DNA of 64,000 nt from Myxococcales bacterium (GTDB taxonomy: Bacteria > Myxococcota_A > Polyangia > Haliangiales > Haliangiaceae): NCBI GenBank assembly GCA_016707895.1, contig JADJGV010000034.1:693625-757624 (forward strand), written 5' to 3'. The number at the start of each line of letters is the position of its first letter. Position 1 is the first letter of the stretch. Both the position numbers and the translations under genes were made by a program. The notes under the pieces were generated by a model that ran no database searches, was not told the origin of the DNA, and saw only the letters and a list, made by a program, of their open reading frames with translations. Positions 34,938-46,914 of this stretch are shown piece after piece.

Positions 34938-36739
34938 CGGGAGGCTCCTTGGGACGACAGGCTCTTGATGCGCAGCGCGAGGATCGGCGACGGCACGCTG
35001 GGATCGACGCGCACGTCGATGACGACCGGGCCCGGCGTCGCCAGCGCGGTGGCCAGCGCCGCGGCCAGCTCGGCCTCGGTGTCGACGGTGAGGCCGACCG
35101 CGCCCTGGCTGCGCGCGAACGCGGCAAAGTCGGTGCGCGGCAGCTGGGTCTCGACCGGCGTCATGCCCAGCGCGCCCATGCCGTGCTGGTTCAGGCCGAG
35201 CTGCGCGTCGTTGAGCACCAGCCACACCACGTCGGCGCGGTACGCGACCGCGGTGTTGATCTCGTTGTTCATCAGCATCGCGCCGTCGCCGACCACCGCC
35301 ACCGCGCGCCGGCCGCTGGCCAGCGCCGCGCCGACGCCGCCGGTGGTGAAGTGGCCCATCGAGCCCCACGCCGCGCTGGTGCGGTAGCGATCGGGCGCGT
35401 CGAAGCGCAGCGCGTAGTTGCACCACGTGAACGAGTTGCCGGCCTCGCTCATGACGATCGCGTCGGTGGCGTCGACGACCTGGGTCTGCACGGCCTGCAT
35501 CACGTACGCCGGCCGCACGTCGCCGGCCCGGGGCGCCAGCGGGGCGGGGCGGCCCAGGCTCGGCACCGCCATCGCGCGCCGCGTGGCGTACCAGCCGGTG
35601 GCGCGGGCCCGGGCGTCGAGCGCGGCCAGGAACATGCGGCAGTCGGCGACCACGCCGAGGCCGGGCACGCCCGGGAACGCCGCCGCGAACGCGCGCGGGT
35701 CGACGTCGACGTGGATCCACCCGGCGGCCGGCGTGGCGGTGGGCGCGAGGAACGAGGTCACCTCGCCCAAGCGAGTGCCCAGGACCAGCAACGTATCGGG
35801 CCGGGCGGTGGCAAACATCGCCATCACCGAGGCGTGGCCGCCGGCGCCGGAGACGCCGACGAACTGCGGGTGCGACTCGGGGAACACGCCCTTGGCCCGC
35901 GGCGACGCGATCACCGGCAGCCGCGCGGCCTCGGCGAACGCGCGCAGCTCGGCGGCGGCGTGGCGGCAGCCGTGGCCGATCCAGATCGCCGCGCGGCCGG
36001 TGGCCAGGCGGTCGAGGGTCGCGTCGAGCGCCTCGAGGGGCGGCGCCGGCGCCGCCACCGACCACGCGGCGGCCCGCGGCGCGGCGGCGGGATCGCACAG
36101 CTCGGCCTGCAGCGACCACGGCAGCGCCAGGTGCGCGACGCAGCCGCCAGGGCTGGCCCAGCCCAGCGCGAGCTGCTGCAAGAAGTGCCCGAGCTCGGCG
36201 ATCGACTCGGGCTGCGCCGCGAGGTGGAACAGCGGGCCGGCGGTGGTGAGGCCGGCGGGCGCGCTGGCCGGGCCGGTCTCCTGCACCGCGCCGCGCCCGA
36301 GCTGGGCCCGCGACGTGGCGCCCGAGATCAGCAGCAGCTTGGCGCCGTCGGCCCGCGCCGCCATCGCGCCGTTGAGGGCGTTCCACAGGCCGGGGCCGGT
36401 GGTGGTGACGACCAGCGTCGGGCGGCCGGTGGCGAAGTGGGCCTCGACGGCGGCGAACGCGGCGCCGGCCTCGTGGCGGGTGTGGAACAGCCGGATCGGG
36501 CTCTTGCGCAGGCCGTCGGCGAACGCCGCGATGCCGCCGCCCAGCACGCCGAAGCCGTGGCGCACGCCGAGCGCGGCCAGCTCGCGGGCGATCAGCGCCG
36601 AGGCGGTGAACGCGGTGGCGTCGGACCAGCGGGCCTTGCCGCCCCACCCGACGACGTCGCCCTCGGACGGCGCGGGGGCGGCGGGCAGCGGGACGGTCGC
36701 GGCGGGCTGGTACGGATGGGCGGGGGTGTCCTTGGACAT
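34934..36739 (-). CDS. thiamine-diphosphate-dependent enzyme (acetolactate synthase / benzoylformate decarboxylase / sulfoacetaldehyde acetyltransferase superfamily)
   Basis: Track ORF 34934..36751. Start MSKDTP at 36739 is preceded by GGTGGAG. The TPP-binding motif is GSMGHFTTGGVGAALA...VVGDGAMLMNNEINT (GDG-x25-N). The N-terminal Pyr domain and central domain are present. Confidence 0.8.
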   Translation of the reverse strand: MSKDTPAHPYQPAATVPLPAAPAPSEGDVVGWGGKARWSDATAFTASALIARELAALGVRHGFGVLGGGIAAFADGLRKSPIRLFHTRHEAGAAFAAVEAHFATGRPTLVVTTTGPGLWNALNGAMAARADGAKLLLISGATSRAQLGRGAVQETGPASAPAGLTTAGPLFHLAAQPESIAELGHFLQQLALGWASPGGCVAHLALPWSLQAELCDPAAAPRAAAWSVAAPAPPLEALDATLDRLATGRAAIWIGHGCRHAAAELRAFAEAARLPVIASPRAKGVFPESHPQFVGVSGAGGHASVMAMFATARPDTLLVLGTRLGEVTSFLAPTATPAAGWIHVDVDPRAFAAAFPGVPGLGVVADCRMFLAALDARARATGWYATRRAMAVPSLGRPAPLAPRAGDVRPAYVMQAVQTQVVDATDAIVMSEAGNSFTWCNYALRFDAPDRYRTSAAWGSMGHFTTGGVGAALASGRRAVAVVGDGAMLMNNEINTAVAYRADVVWLVLNDAQLGLNQHGMGALGMTPVETQLPRTDFAAFARSQGAVGLTVDTEAELAAALATALATPGPVVIDVRVDPSVPSPILALRIKSLSSQGASR

Positions 36740-36814
36740 CTCCACCCCCACAGCGCGCGCCGCGGCGTTTGTTCCGGAGGATTCGGCGGCGGCTCACCCC
36801 GCGGCGGCGGCCGA

Positions 36815-38491
<1,677 letters not shown>

Positions 38492-38578
38492 GCGCGGCGC
38501 CGACTATACGGCACGATACCGAATTGTCCCGTCGTGAAGGTCGTCGTCTCGCGACCGGCCCAACGTCGACGGCGCGCG

Positions 38579-38584
38579 TATACT
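38579..38584 (+). promoter_or_regulatory. TATACT -10 hexamer 6 nt upstream of the GTG start of the HD-GYP gene (leaderless-type arrangement)
   Basis: GCGCGCGTATACTCGACCCGTG. There is no SD. The arrangement is the same as upstream of the GGDEF-kinase gene. Confidence 0.25.
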
Positions 38585-38590
38585 CGACCC

Positions 38591-39691
38591 GTGCCTCGGT
38601 TCCGCGCGCTGGTGCTGCACCCCGATCGCGCCGCGATCGGCGAGCTCACCGAGCTCCTGGCGCACCTCGACCTCGCGGTCGAGGCCACCGGCTCGGCGAC
38701 CGACGCCGCGCGCCGGCTGCGCCAGCACGCGCCGCACGCGATCCTGGCCGGGCACGATCCGCCGGGGCTCGACGGCATCGGCTTCCTCGACGCCAGCGTC
38801 GCCGCCGCGCCCGACGCGCTGCGGGTGCTGCTGGTCGAGGCGCCCGGCGTCGGCGCCGAGCTCGAGCACCGCGCGCCGACCGCGCCGGCGATCGTCCGCT
38901 TCATCGCCCGCGCCGGCCAGCGCTCGCACCTGACCGCGCTGATCGGCGAGGCGATCAAGCTGCTCGGCCTGGTCGAGGAGCAGCGCTCGCTGGTGGCCCG
39001 GCTGGCCGGCGAGCACGAGCGGCTCAAGCGCCGCGGCACGCTGCTCGACGTCGTCGTCAAGGAGCGCACCAAGGAGCTCGAGGACAGCTACCTGCGGCTC
39101 AAGGAGGCGCACCGGCAGGCGCTGTTCGGGCTGGCCGAGGCGATCGAGGCCAAGGACCCCTACACCAAGGGCCACTGCGGCCGGGTCGCGGCGTACGCCT
39201 TGGTGTTGGCCAAGGAGGCCGGCTACCCGGCCGAGGGCCTCGAGACGCTGGAGTTCGGCGCGTTCCTCCACGACATCGGCAAGATCGGCATCCGCGACGC
39301 GGTGCTGCTCAAGCCGGGGCCGCTCGACGACGTCGAGTGGTCGCACATGCGCGAGCACCCGGTGAAGGGCTACGAGATCGCGCGCCGGATCGAGATCCTG
39401 CACCCGATCATGGCCGCGGTGCGCAACCACCACGAGCGCTGGGACGGCACCGGCTACCCCGATCGGATGAAGGGCGACGCCATCCCGCTGGCCGCGCGCA
39501 TCGTCGCGATCGCCGACGCCTACGACGCGATGTCGACCGATCGCCCGTACAAGGCCGGCCTGCCGCTGGCCGAGTGCGAGCGGCTGCTGCGCAAGTGCGC
39601 CGGGACGATGTACGACCCCGAGCTGATCGAGCTGTTCGTGACCCGCCGGATCGGCGCGATCTACGAAGACGAGCTGGCCGCCGGCGAGTGA
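38591..39691 (+). CDS. response-regulator receiver + HD-GYP domain protein (c-di-GMP phosphodiesterase, RpfG-like)
   Basis: The in-frame tail of track ORF 34949..39691 from the GTG at 38591. The HD domain has HCGRVAAYA and FLHDIGKIG. The HD-GYP signature is NHHERWDGTGYPD. The receiver-like N-terminus includes ALVLHPD...ILAGHDPPGLDG. Confidence 0.85.
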   Translation: MPRFRALVLHPDRAAIGELTELLAHLDLAVEATGSATDAARRLRQHAPHAILAGHDPPGLDGIGFLDASVAAAPDALRVLLVEAPGVGAELEHRAPTAPAIVRFIARAGQRSHLTALIGEAIKLLGLVEEQRSLVARLAGEHERLKRRGTLLDVVVKERTKELEDSYLRLKEAHRQALFGLAEAIEAKDPYTKGHCGRVAAYALVLAKEAGYPAEGLETLEFGAFLHDIGKIGIRDAVLLKPGPLDDVEWSHMREHPVKGYEIARRIEILHPIMAAVRNHHERWDGTGYPDRMKGDAIPLAARIVAIADAYDAMSTDRPYKAGLPLAECERLLRKCAGTMYDPELIELFVTRRIGAIYEDELAAGE

Positions 39692-39704
39692 CCGGCGCGC
39701 GCGG

Positions 39705-42700
39705 TCACGTCGGCGGCTTGGGATCGTCGAGCGCGGTGAGCGCGATCGCCAGCGCCTTCTTGGCCCGCAGCACGGTGGCCTCGTCGGTCTTGATCCGCTG
39801 GTAGGCCTTGAGCACCTGCTCCTGGTAGGTGGCGTTTTCGCGCTCGACCTCGTCGAGCTGCGCCGCCTGCTCGGCCAGGCGTTGATCGCGCGCGGCGATC
39901 GCGGCCTGGTGCTCGGTGAGCGCGACGTCGCGCGCGGCGATCGCGGCCCGGGCCGCGGCCAGCTCGTCGTCGGTGCGCTTGAGCTGGGCCCGGGCCGAGG
40001 TCAGGCCGCGCTCGAGCTCGCCGCGTTCGCGGTCCAGCTCGTCCTTGGCGGCGCCGGCGGCGGCCAGCTCGCCGCGGGTGGCGGCCAGCTCGCCGCGCAC
40101 GCGCTCGAGCTCGCCGCGCAGCGTGGCCAGCTCGCCGGCGAGCTGATCGCGGGTGGCCGCGGCCGACGCCAGCTCGGCGGCGACCGCGTCGCGGCCGGCC
40201 TGGACCTCGGCCAGCGCCGCGGCGTGGCGGCGCGCGTCGTCGTCGCGCTCGCCGGCCAGCCGGGCCTCGAGCGCCTGCTGCTCGCCGACCAGCCGGGCCT
40301 CGAGCGCCCGCAGCGCGGCGGCCTGGGCGGCGACGGCCTCGGCGCGCGCCGCGGCCAGCTGCTCGTCGTGGCCCTCGCGCTGCGCGGTCAGCGCCTGGGC
40401 GTGCTCGTCGCGCTGCGCGGTCAGCGCCTGGGCGTGCTCGCCGCGCAGCCCGGCCAGCGCCTGCTCGTGCTCGCCGCGCAGCCGCGCGACGTGATCGCCG
40501 CGCACCGACTCGGCCTCGGCGCGGACCTCCTCGAGGGCGGCCTGGTGGTCGGCGGCCAGCTTGGCCACCGCCTGCTCGTGCAGCGCGCGGACGTCGTCGA
40601 GCTCGGCGCGCGCCTGCTCGGCCCGAGCGGCCACCGCGCGGCGGCCCTCGGCCTCGGCGGCGGCCACCGCCTCGGAGCGCTCGCGCGCGACCTCGGCCAG
40701 CGCCGCGTGGTGGCGCTCGCCGGCGGCCTGCAGCGCGTCCTCGTGCTGGGCCAGCGCCGCCGACAGCTCGGCGGCGCGCTCGCCGGCCAGCTGGGCCAGC
40801 GCGGCGTCGTGGCTGGTGCGCAGCTCGGCCAGCGCGGTCTCGGCGCGCTGGCGCTCGGCCGCGACCGCGGCGTCGAGCGCGGCGGCGTGCTCCGCGGCCC
40901 GGGCGGTCTGCCGCGCGTCGTGCTCGGCGGCCGCGACCGCGATCGCGCCGGCGTGCTGGGCGGCGGCCTCGGCCTGCACCGCGAGCAACGCGGCCTCGCG
41001 CTCCTGGGCCGCGGCGTGCTGGGCGGCGGCCAGCGCCTGCGCGGCGTCGGTCTGGGCGGCGGCAAGCGCCTGGGCGGCCTCGGCGCGGGCGGCGGCCAGC
41101 GCCTGCTCGGCCTCGGCCTTGGCGCGATCGCGCGCGGCGGCGTGCTCGCGCTCGAGCTTGGTCAGCGCCGCCTGCTGCGTCGACGTGAGGTTGGCGACGG
41201 TGGCCTCGGCGTCGCGGCGCGCCGCGGTGGCCTCGGCCAGCTGGGTGCGCGCGGCCTCGGCGTCGGCCGCGAGCTTGCCCAGCCGCGCCTCGAGCGCGGT
41301 GATGCGCTGGCGCGCCTCGAGCGTGGCCTGCTCGGCGGCCTCGACCCGCTCGCTGTCGCCGAGCAGCCGCGACTCCATCTCGAGGTTCTTGGCGTCGACC
41401 GCGGCCTTGGCGTGCTGCAGCTGCCGGGTCTTCTCGCGCGCGTCGAGCAGCTCGCGCTCCTTGTGCGAGAGCTCGTCGCGCAGCCCCAGCAGCTCCTTGT
41501 CCTTGGCCGCGAGGCTCTCGCGCAGGCTCAAGAACTCGCGCTCGCGGCTGACCGGCTTGGCCACCGGCTCGGCGGACTTGGCCTTCTCGAGCTCGGCGCG
41601 CAGCCGCTGGTTGTCGCGCTCGAGCAGGTGCAGCTTCTGCAACGACTTGCGATCGTGGAGGCCTGACTGCTCGGCGTCGGCGCGCGCGGCGATCTCGTCG
41701 AGGCCGAGGTCGACCGGGCCGGCGGGCTCGGCCGGCGGCGACGACGTCGTCGCGCCGCCGCGGCGCCGCGGCAGCTCGGCGGCGGCGTGGATCGACGGCA
41801 GCGGCGCGGCCACCGGCTCGGGCGGCGGCGCGATCGGCTCGGGGGGCGGCGCGGGCGGCGCGATCGGCTCGGGGGGCGGCGCGATCGGCTCGGGCGGGCG
41901 CGCGGCGATCGGCTCGGGCGCGGCGACCGGCGCAGGGGCCGGCTCGGGCGTGGCGATCGGCTCGGGCTCGATCGCGACCGGCGGCGGCAAGGTCGGCGGC
42001 ACCGCGCGCTCGGCGGCCGGCGGCGGCGGCGGCGGTGGCGGCATCGTCCCGCGTTGCCGCGGCGGCGGCGGCGTGGTGGGGCGCCCGCGCGGCGGCGGCG
42101 GCGGCGGCGGCGCGGCGGCCGGGGGCGCCGGCTCCTCGAGCGGCGGCAGCTCGATCGCGGCGTCGCTGGCCGGCAGCGGCTCGAGGTCGGTGAGGCTGAG
42201 CGAGGCGCTGACCGACTCGAAGGTCTCGAGCGACTCGAGCGGCTCGAGCGGCTCGATCGCCTCGGGGATCACGCCGTCGGCCAGCGGCAGCGGCGCGGGC
42301 GCGGCGATCGGCTCGGGGATCGCGGCCTCGACCTCGACCTCGACCGACGGCTCGACGATCGCCGCCTCCACCACCGGCGCGATCGGCGGCGCCGGCGTCG
42401 GCGCCGGCGTGCGCGCGAGCGCGGCCTGGGCGGCCTCGATCGGCATCGCGTCGGTCAGCGCCGCGAACGCCGCGTCGGTCTCGGCGTCGATCAGGTCGTC
42501 GAAGCCGGTCGACGAGTGCACGGTGTGGGCGCCCTCGTTGAAGTCGTCGCCGTCGCCGAGATCGAGCGCGGCGCTGTCGACCTCGTCGACCAGCACGTCG
42601 TCGTCGATCGACACCTCGTCGACCTCGACCGGGATCGCCAGCTCGCCGTCGCTGGTCAGCTCGCCCAGCCCGAACAGGTTGTCGAGCTTGCCGAGCAGCT

Positions 42701-43037
42701 CGGCGGTCGAGAGCCCGCGCTTGTCGAGGTACTCGTCGGCGTGGACCTTGAGCTTGCGGTGCGCCGCGAACGCGTCGATCGCGACGCTGCTGGTGACCAG
42801 CACCACCGGCAGGTTGGCGGCCACGCCCTTCTTGGCCTTGTTGAACGTCGCGTAGCCCTTCTTGTCGGGTTCGTCGACGGCGATCACCACCGCGACCACG
42901 CCGAGCTTGGCGACCTGGGCCAGCGCGTCGGCGGAGGTGTCCTGCACGACCTGGAACCCGTAGGGCCCCAGCTCGCGGCTGAGCAAGGCGTGGAACTCGC
43001 GGTCCGGATCGACAAGCAGGATCTGGCGCTGGCTCAT
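39705..43037 (-). CDS. AglZ/FrzS-like protein: N-terminal receiver domain, Pro/Glu-rich linker, about 650-aa coiled coil
   Basis: Track ORF, 1110 aa. The receiver is ILLVDPDREFHALL...VVAVVIAVDEPD...PVVLVTSS. The low-complexity linker is PEPIAPPPEPIAPPAPPPEPIAPPPEP. The long heptad-rich region is dominated by A/E/R/L/Q. Confidence 0.7.
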   Translation of the reverse strand: MSQRQILLVDPDREFHALLSRELGPYGFQVVQDTSADALAQVAKLGVVAVVIAVDEPDKKGYATFNKAKKGVAANLPVVLVTSSVAIDAFAAHRKLKVHADEYLDKRGLSTAELLGKLDNLFGLGELTSDGELAIPVEVDEVSIDDDVLVDEVDSAALDLGDGDDFNEGAHTVHSSTGFDDLIDAETDAAFAALTDAMPIEAAQAALARTPAPTPAPPIAPVVEAAIVEPSVEVEVEAAIPEPIAAPAPLPLADGVIPEAIEPLEPLESLETFESVSASLSLTDLEPLPASDAAIELPPLEEPAPPAAAPPPPPPPRGRPTTPPPPRQRGTMPPPPPPPPAAERAVPPTLPPPVAIEPEPIATPEPAPAPVAAPEPIAARPPEPIAPPPEPIAPPAPPPEPIAPPPEPVAAPLPSIHAAAELPRRRGGATTSSPPAEPAGPVDLGLDEIAARADAEQSGLHDRKSLQKLHLLERDNQRLRAELEKAKSAEPVAKPVSREREFLSLRESLAAKDKELLGLRDELSHKERELLDAREKTRQLQHAKAAVDAKNLEMESRLLGDSERVEAAEQATLEARQRITALEARLGKLAADAEAARTQLAEATAARRDAEATVANLTSTQQAALTKLEREHAAARDRAKAEAEQALAAARAEAAQALAAAQTDAAQALAAAQHAAAQEREAALLAVQAEAAAQHAGAIAVAAAEHDARQTARAAEHAAALDAAVAAERQRAETALAELRTSHDAALAQLAGERAAELSAALAQHEDALQAAGERHHAALAEVARERSEAVAAAEAEGRRAVAARAEQARAELDDVRALHEQAVAKLAADHQAALEEVRAEAESVRGDHVARLRGEHEQALAGLRGEHAQALTAQRDEHAQALTAQREGHDEQLAAARAEAVAAQAAALRALEARLVGEQQALEARLAGERDDDARRHAAALAEVQAGRDAVAAELASAAATRDQLAGELATLRGELERVRGELAATRGELAAAGAAKDELDRERGELERGLTSARAQLKRTDDELAAARAAIAARDVALTEHQAAIAARDQRLAEQAAQLDEVERENATYQEQVLKAYQRIKTDEATVLRAKKALAIALTALDDPKPPT

Positions 43038-43151
43038 GGGGCGAAGATAAAATTGTATCCGCTCCCACGGGGGCGCGCGCGCCGCGACGCCAATGTTTCC
43101 TGAGCCGCGCCCCGGTTCCCGCGGCCGGGCGGGCCGCGCGGCCCGCGGACG

Positions 43152-43895
43152 CTACCGGCGCGGGTCGTCGGCGCCGATGCGCGCCACCAGCTGGGTGCCG
43201 CGCACCAGCACCTTCAGCGCGTCGGTCCCCAGGAGCGGCGACGACAGGCGGATCGCCCGGGCGCCGTCGCGCACGATCACCAGGTCGGGCAGGGTCCAGG
43301 TCTCCCAGCCGCCGAGCACCACCCGGCTGCTGGGGTCGAGCTCGAGCCGCGCGGCGTCGTGCACCGTCGCGTAGACCGGGTAGCGGGCGCCGTCGGGCGC
43401 GACCGCCCAATAGGTCAGGTTGGCGACGTCGGCGCCGAGCAGCTCGGTGCCGGTGCGCTGCAGCACCACGTCGTGGACCGCGGCGCCGTCGCGGAACGTG
43501 ACGCGGGCGGTGGGCAGCGGCGCCCGCTCGACGGCGGCGGCCGGCCTGGCGGTCGGGCGCGCCGGGCCGTCGCCGACCACGACGAACACCACCAGCGCGG
43601 CGGCGGCGGCGACGGCGGCGACGCCGGGCAGCGCCAGCGCGCGCCACGACGGGCGGGCCTCGCGATCGACCGCGTCGAGCGAGCGGCCCAGGCGCTGGCG
43701 CAGCAGGTCCGGCGCGCGGGGCGGCGCGAGGCGCTGGCGCAGCTCGCCGAGGAAGCCGCGGTCGCGCTCGACGTGGGCCCGGCAGGCGTCGCAGTCGATC
43801 AGGTGCAGCTCGACGTCGCGCAGCTCCTGGTCGGCCAGCTCGCCGTCGCACAGCATCAGGGACAGCGTGTCGATGTCGTCGCAGAGCTTGAGCAT
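43152..43895 (-). CDS. anti-sigma factor (zinc-finger type, single TM, periplasmic C-terminal domain)
   Basis: The C-terminal 247 codons of track ORF 43152..44780. The ATG at 43895 lies 2 nt after the sigma stop. MLKLCDDIDTLSLMLCDGELADQELRDVELHLIDCDACRAHVE is a putative zinc-finger anti-sigma N-domain. The TM segment is LALPGVAAVAAAAALVVFVVV. Confidence 0.7.
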   Translation of the reverse strand: MLKLCDDIDTLSLMLCDGELADQELRDVELHLIDCDACRAHVERDRGFLGELRQRLAPPRAPDLLRQRLGRSLDAVDREARPSWRALALPGVAAVAAAAALVVFVVVGDGPARPTARPAAAVERAPLPTARVTFRDGAAVHDVVLQRTGTELLGADVANLTYWAVAPDGARYPVYATVHDAARLELDPSSRVVLGGWETWTLPDLVIVRDGARAIRLSSPLLGTDALKVLVRGTQLVARIGADDPRR

Positions 43896-43897
43896 GG

Positions 43898-44542
43898 TCA
43901 CGACTTCTTGCGGCGGTAGGCGGCCAGGTCGATCGGCGCCGCGGCCTCGGTTGCGGGGGGAGCGGCCTCGTCCTTGACGTAGCCCTCGGCCACGGCGAAC
44001 GACCGCAGCTGGGCTTCGAGCAGGCGACGGCCACGGAACAGGCGGCTCATGACGGTGCCGACGGGACAGTCCATCGCGTCGGCGATCTCCTTGTACGACA
44101 GGCCCTCGACGTCGCACAGCACCACCGCCATGCGGAAGTCGGCCGGGAGCGCCTCGAGCGCGCGCTGCACGTCGTCGGAGACCGAGCGCTCGATCAGCGC
44201 CTTCTCCGGGCTCTGCTGGCTCGGCCGCAGCTCGTGGTGCAGCACGCCGTCGACCGCGTCTTGCTCGGCGGTGGCGGCGTCGAGCACCTCGCGCTGGCGG
44301 CGCTTGCGCTGGTACTCGTTGATGAAGGTGTTGGTCAGGATCTTCAGCAGCCACGCCTTGCAGTTGGAGTTCTGCTCGAACGTGTCCCAGAAGCGGTAGG
44401 CGCGCAGCAGCGCCTCCTGGACCAGGTCCTCGGCGTCCCGCGGGTTGCGGGCCAGCCGGAACGCGGCGCCGTACATGGCGTCGAGGTGGGGCAGGGCCAC
44501 CGCCTCGAACTCGGCTCGGCGCGCGGGTTTCTTCGCCAGCAT
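43898..44542 (-). CDS. ECF (group IV) RNA polymerase sigma factor
   Basis: Region 2 is [28 protein letters not shown]. Region 4 is [44 protein letters not shown]. Confidence 0.9.
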   Translation of the reverse strand: MLAKKPARRAEFEAVALPHLDAMYGAAFRLARNPRDAEDLVQEALLRAYRFWDTFEQNSNCKAWLLKILTNTFINEYQRKRRQREVLDAATAEQDAVDGVLHHELRPSQQSPEKALIERSVSDDVQRALEALPADFRMAVVLCDVEGLSYKEIADAMDCPVGTVMSRLFRGRRLLEAQLRSFAVAEGYVKDEAAPPATEAAAPIDLAAYRRKKS

Positions 44543-44667
44543 GGGGAACGCTGCCTACTCTACCGGTCGGCCGCCCGGCCGCATTCCCGGCCGCGCGCAA
44601 ACGCGCGGGCCCGGGTCGGGCCGAAGATCGCCCTGGCACCCCCGGCGCCGCGGGGTAGACTGGCGCC

Positions 44668-45009
44668 ATGGCGGCTTCGCTCCAGGTTGCTCCGTGGTTC
44701 CAGCCCGCGCGGCGCACGATCGTCGCGCTGGCGCTGGTCGGCACCGTCGCCGCGGGCGCGTTCGCGCTGCTCCGGCCCACCCCGCACCAGGCCCGCTCCG
44801 AGCGGACCTCGCACTGCCAGAAGGGTCGGCACCACGGCTGGCACCGGTCGCCGCCGCCGCCGCGGCACCACGACGACGACGAGGACTGCGCCGCCGCGCT
44901 GGCCGCCCACGCGGCCGCCCGCCGGGCCTCGCCCGATCACGTCGCGCCGGGTGGCCCGCGCGATCAGGCGCTCGGTGCCTGCGCCGCCCGCCACCCGCAC
45001 CGCTACTAG
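44668..45009 (+). CDS. small His-rich exported protein (hypothetical)
   Basis: A signal-like segment is TIVALALVGTVAAGAFALL. His/Cys/Asp-rich stretches are HCQKGRHHGWH, RHHDDDEDC and RHPHRY. It is divergent from the ECF sigma gene. Third-position GC is high, but the ORF is short. Confidence 0.3.
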   Translation: MAASLQVAPWFQPARRTIVALALVGTVAAGAFALLRPTPHQARSERTSHCQKGRHHGWHRSPPPPRHHDDDEDCAAALAAHAAARRASPDHVAPGGPRDQALGACAARHPHRY

Positions 45010-46116
45010 CTACGCCTTGTAGGGCGTGTGGGCCACGCCGAGCGCCTCGGCGACGGCCTTGTGCGGGACGGTGCCGCGGAAGGTGTTGAGGCCGCTCTCG
45101 AAGACGTGGTCCTCCTTGATCGCGCCCTCGAGGCCGCGGTCGGCCAGCTTGACCGCGTAGCGCATCGTCGCGTTGGTCAGCGCGTAGGTCGACGTGCGCG
45201 GCACGGCGCCCGGCATGTTGGCCACGCCGTAGTGGATGACGTCGTGGACCACGTAGGTCGGCTTGTCGTGGTAGGTGACGCGCGCGGTCTCGACGCAGCC
45301 GCCCTGATCGATCGACACGTCGACGATCACCGAGCCGGGCTCCATCGCCTTGACGTGGGCCTCGGTCACCAGCCGCGGCGCGCGGGCGCCGGGCAAGAGC
45401 ACCGCGCCGATCACCAGGTCGCTCTCGAGCACCGCGCGCTCGATCGCCATCGGATCGGAGTACTGGGTCGACACGCGGCCCATGTAGATGTCGTCGAGGT
45501 ACGCCAGCGTCTTGAGGTTGACGTCGAGCACCGTGACGTTGGCGCCCAGGCCGACCGCGATCTTCGCCGCGTTCGAGCCGACGACGCCGGCGCCGATGAT
45601 CGTGACGCGGCCGCGGCGCACGCCGGGCACGCCGCCGAGCAGCACGCCCTTGCCGCCGCGCTCGCGCTCGAGGTAGGTCGCGCCGGCCTGGACCGCCATG
45701 CGGCCGGCCACCGCGCTCATCGGGGTCAGCAGCGGCAGATCGCCGGGGGTCGGCTCGATGGTCTCGTACGCGACGCCGTCGACGCCGCGCTTGAGCATCT
45801 CGTGGCCCAGCTCCTGGGCCGCGGCGAGGTGCAGGTACGTGAAGAGGATCTGGCCCTTCCGCATCAGCGGATACTCGGGCGCGATCGGCTCCTTCACCTT
45901 CACCACCATGTCGGCCTCGCCCCACACCTCGTCGCGGGTGGCGACGATGCGCGCGCCCGCCTTGATGTAGTGATCGTCGGGGATGCTCGAGCCGAGGCCC
46001 GCTCCCTGCTCGACGAGGACGGTGTGACCACGGCCGGTGAGGATGGCCACGCCAGCCGGGGTCATGCCGACGCGGAACTCTTGGGTCTTGATTTCCTTGG
46101 GGACGCCGATACGCAT
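45010..46116 (-). CDS. ald: alanine dehydrogenase
   Basis: The internal ATG gives [24 protein letters not shown]. The NAD-binding motif is [13 protein letters not shown]. The product is 368 aa. Confidence 0.95.
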   Translation of the reverse strand: MRIGVPKEIKTQEFRVGMTPAGVAILTGRGHTVLVEQGAGLGSSIPDDHYIKAGARIVATRDEVWGEADMVVKVKEPIAPEYPLMRKGQILFTYLHLAAAQELGHEMLKRGVDGVAYETIEPTPGDLPLLTPMSAVAGRMAVQAGATYLERERGGKGVLLGGVPGVRRGRVTIIGAGVVGSNAAKIAVGLGANVTVLDVNLKTLAYLDDIYMGRVSTQYSDPMAIERAVLESDLVIGAVLLPGARAPRLVTEAHVKAMEPGSVIVDVSIDQGGCVETARVTYHDKPTYVVHDVIHYGVANMPGAVPRTSTYALTNATMRYAVKLADRGLEGAIKEDHVFESGLNTFRGTVPHKAVAEALGVAHTPYKA

Positions 46117-46258
46117 GTGGCGCGCACTATCGAACCGCCGCCGCGGTGGAGTCAATGCCATCGCTCGACGGCGCGCAGCGCGATCGCGTGATCCGTCGCG
46201 CTGCGATGCGTCATGGCGGCGCCGGGCGCGGCACGTGGTCGCGGGGACGATCGAGGCG

Positions 46259-46914
46259 TCAGTACCAGCTGCGGACGCCGAGCAGGTAGCGCAGCGCGCC
46301 GACCGGCTCGGTCTCGACGCCGAGCGTCGCCGACCAGATCCGCGGATCGTCGATCGCCTGGGTGGCGGTGGCGACGACGCGCACGCCGATCATGTAGCGG
46401 GTGGCGCCGTGGCGCGGGCGCATCAGATCCCACGGCGCCTGGTAGCCGTAGGCGATCGCGGCGGTGGCCAGGTCGCGGTTGCCGCCGGCGCGCAGCGCGA
46501 GCACGCCGCGCCCCTCGTACCAGAACATGTCGAGCTTGCGCGGCAGGCCGGTGATCTGCAGCTCGCCGCCGATCATCGCGTCGCTCGACGTGCGCAGCTC
46601 GACCCACGGCCCCAGCCGCAGGTCGCCGTCGGCGCCGATGTCGACGGTCGCGTCGGCGCCCAGCGCCACCTCCCAGCCGTGGTCGCGATCGGCGCGGGAT
46701 CGATCGGGCCGACCACCCGCGCGGCGGCGCTGGTCGGCGCCGGGGCCGAGCCGTAGGCGACCCGCAGCCACGACGACCACTCGAGGCGGGCGCGGCGCGG
46801 CGTCGCCTCCTCCTCCGGCGGCGGCGGCGGGTGGGCGAGGGCGGTGGCGGTCGAGGCGAGGACAGCGAGGAGGGCGAGGCGCGCGCGCATGGGGGCAGGG
46901 GTGAAACGCGCCAT
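46259..46914 (-). pseudogene. small outer-membrane beta-barrel-like protein with internal frameshift
   Basis: The signal peptide is MARFTPAPMRARLALLAVLASTATALA (frame of track ORF 46573..47400). The coding signal continues in a second frame (track ORF 46259..47086: ...DRDHGWEVALGADATVDIGADGDLRLGPWVELR...IGVRVVATA...[12 protein letters not shown], with a C-terminal aromatic). The frame switches near 46690..46740. Confidence 0.4.

Noticed and set aside
39661-44034. ORF 39661..44034(-) 1457 aa and plus-strand ORFs 39882..43103 overlapping the coiled-coil gene
   Set aside because: These are alternative frames of the A/E/R-rich coiled-coil gene. They are arginine/proline-rich with no domain. The 39705..43037 frame has the receiver domain and heptad pattern.
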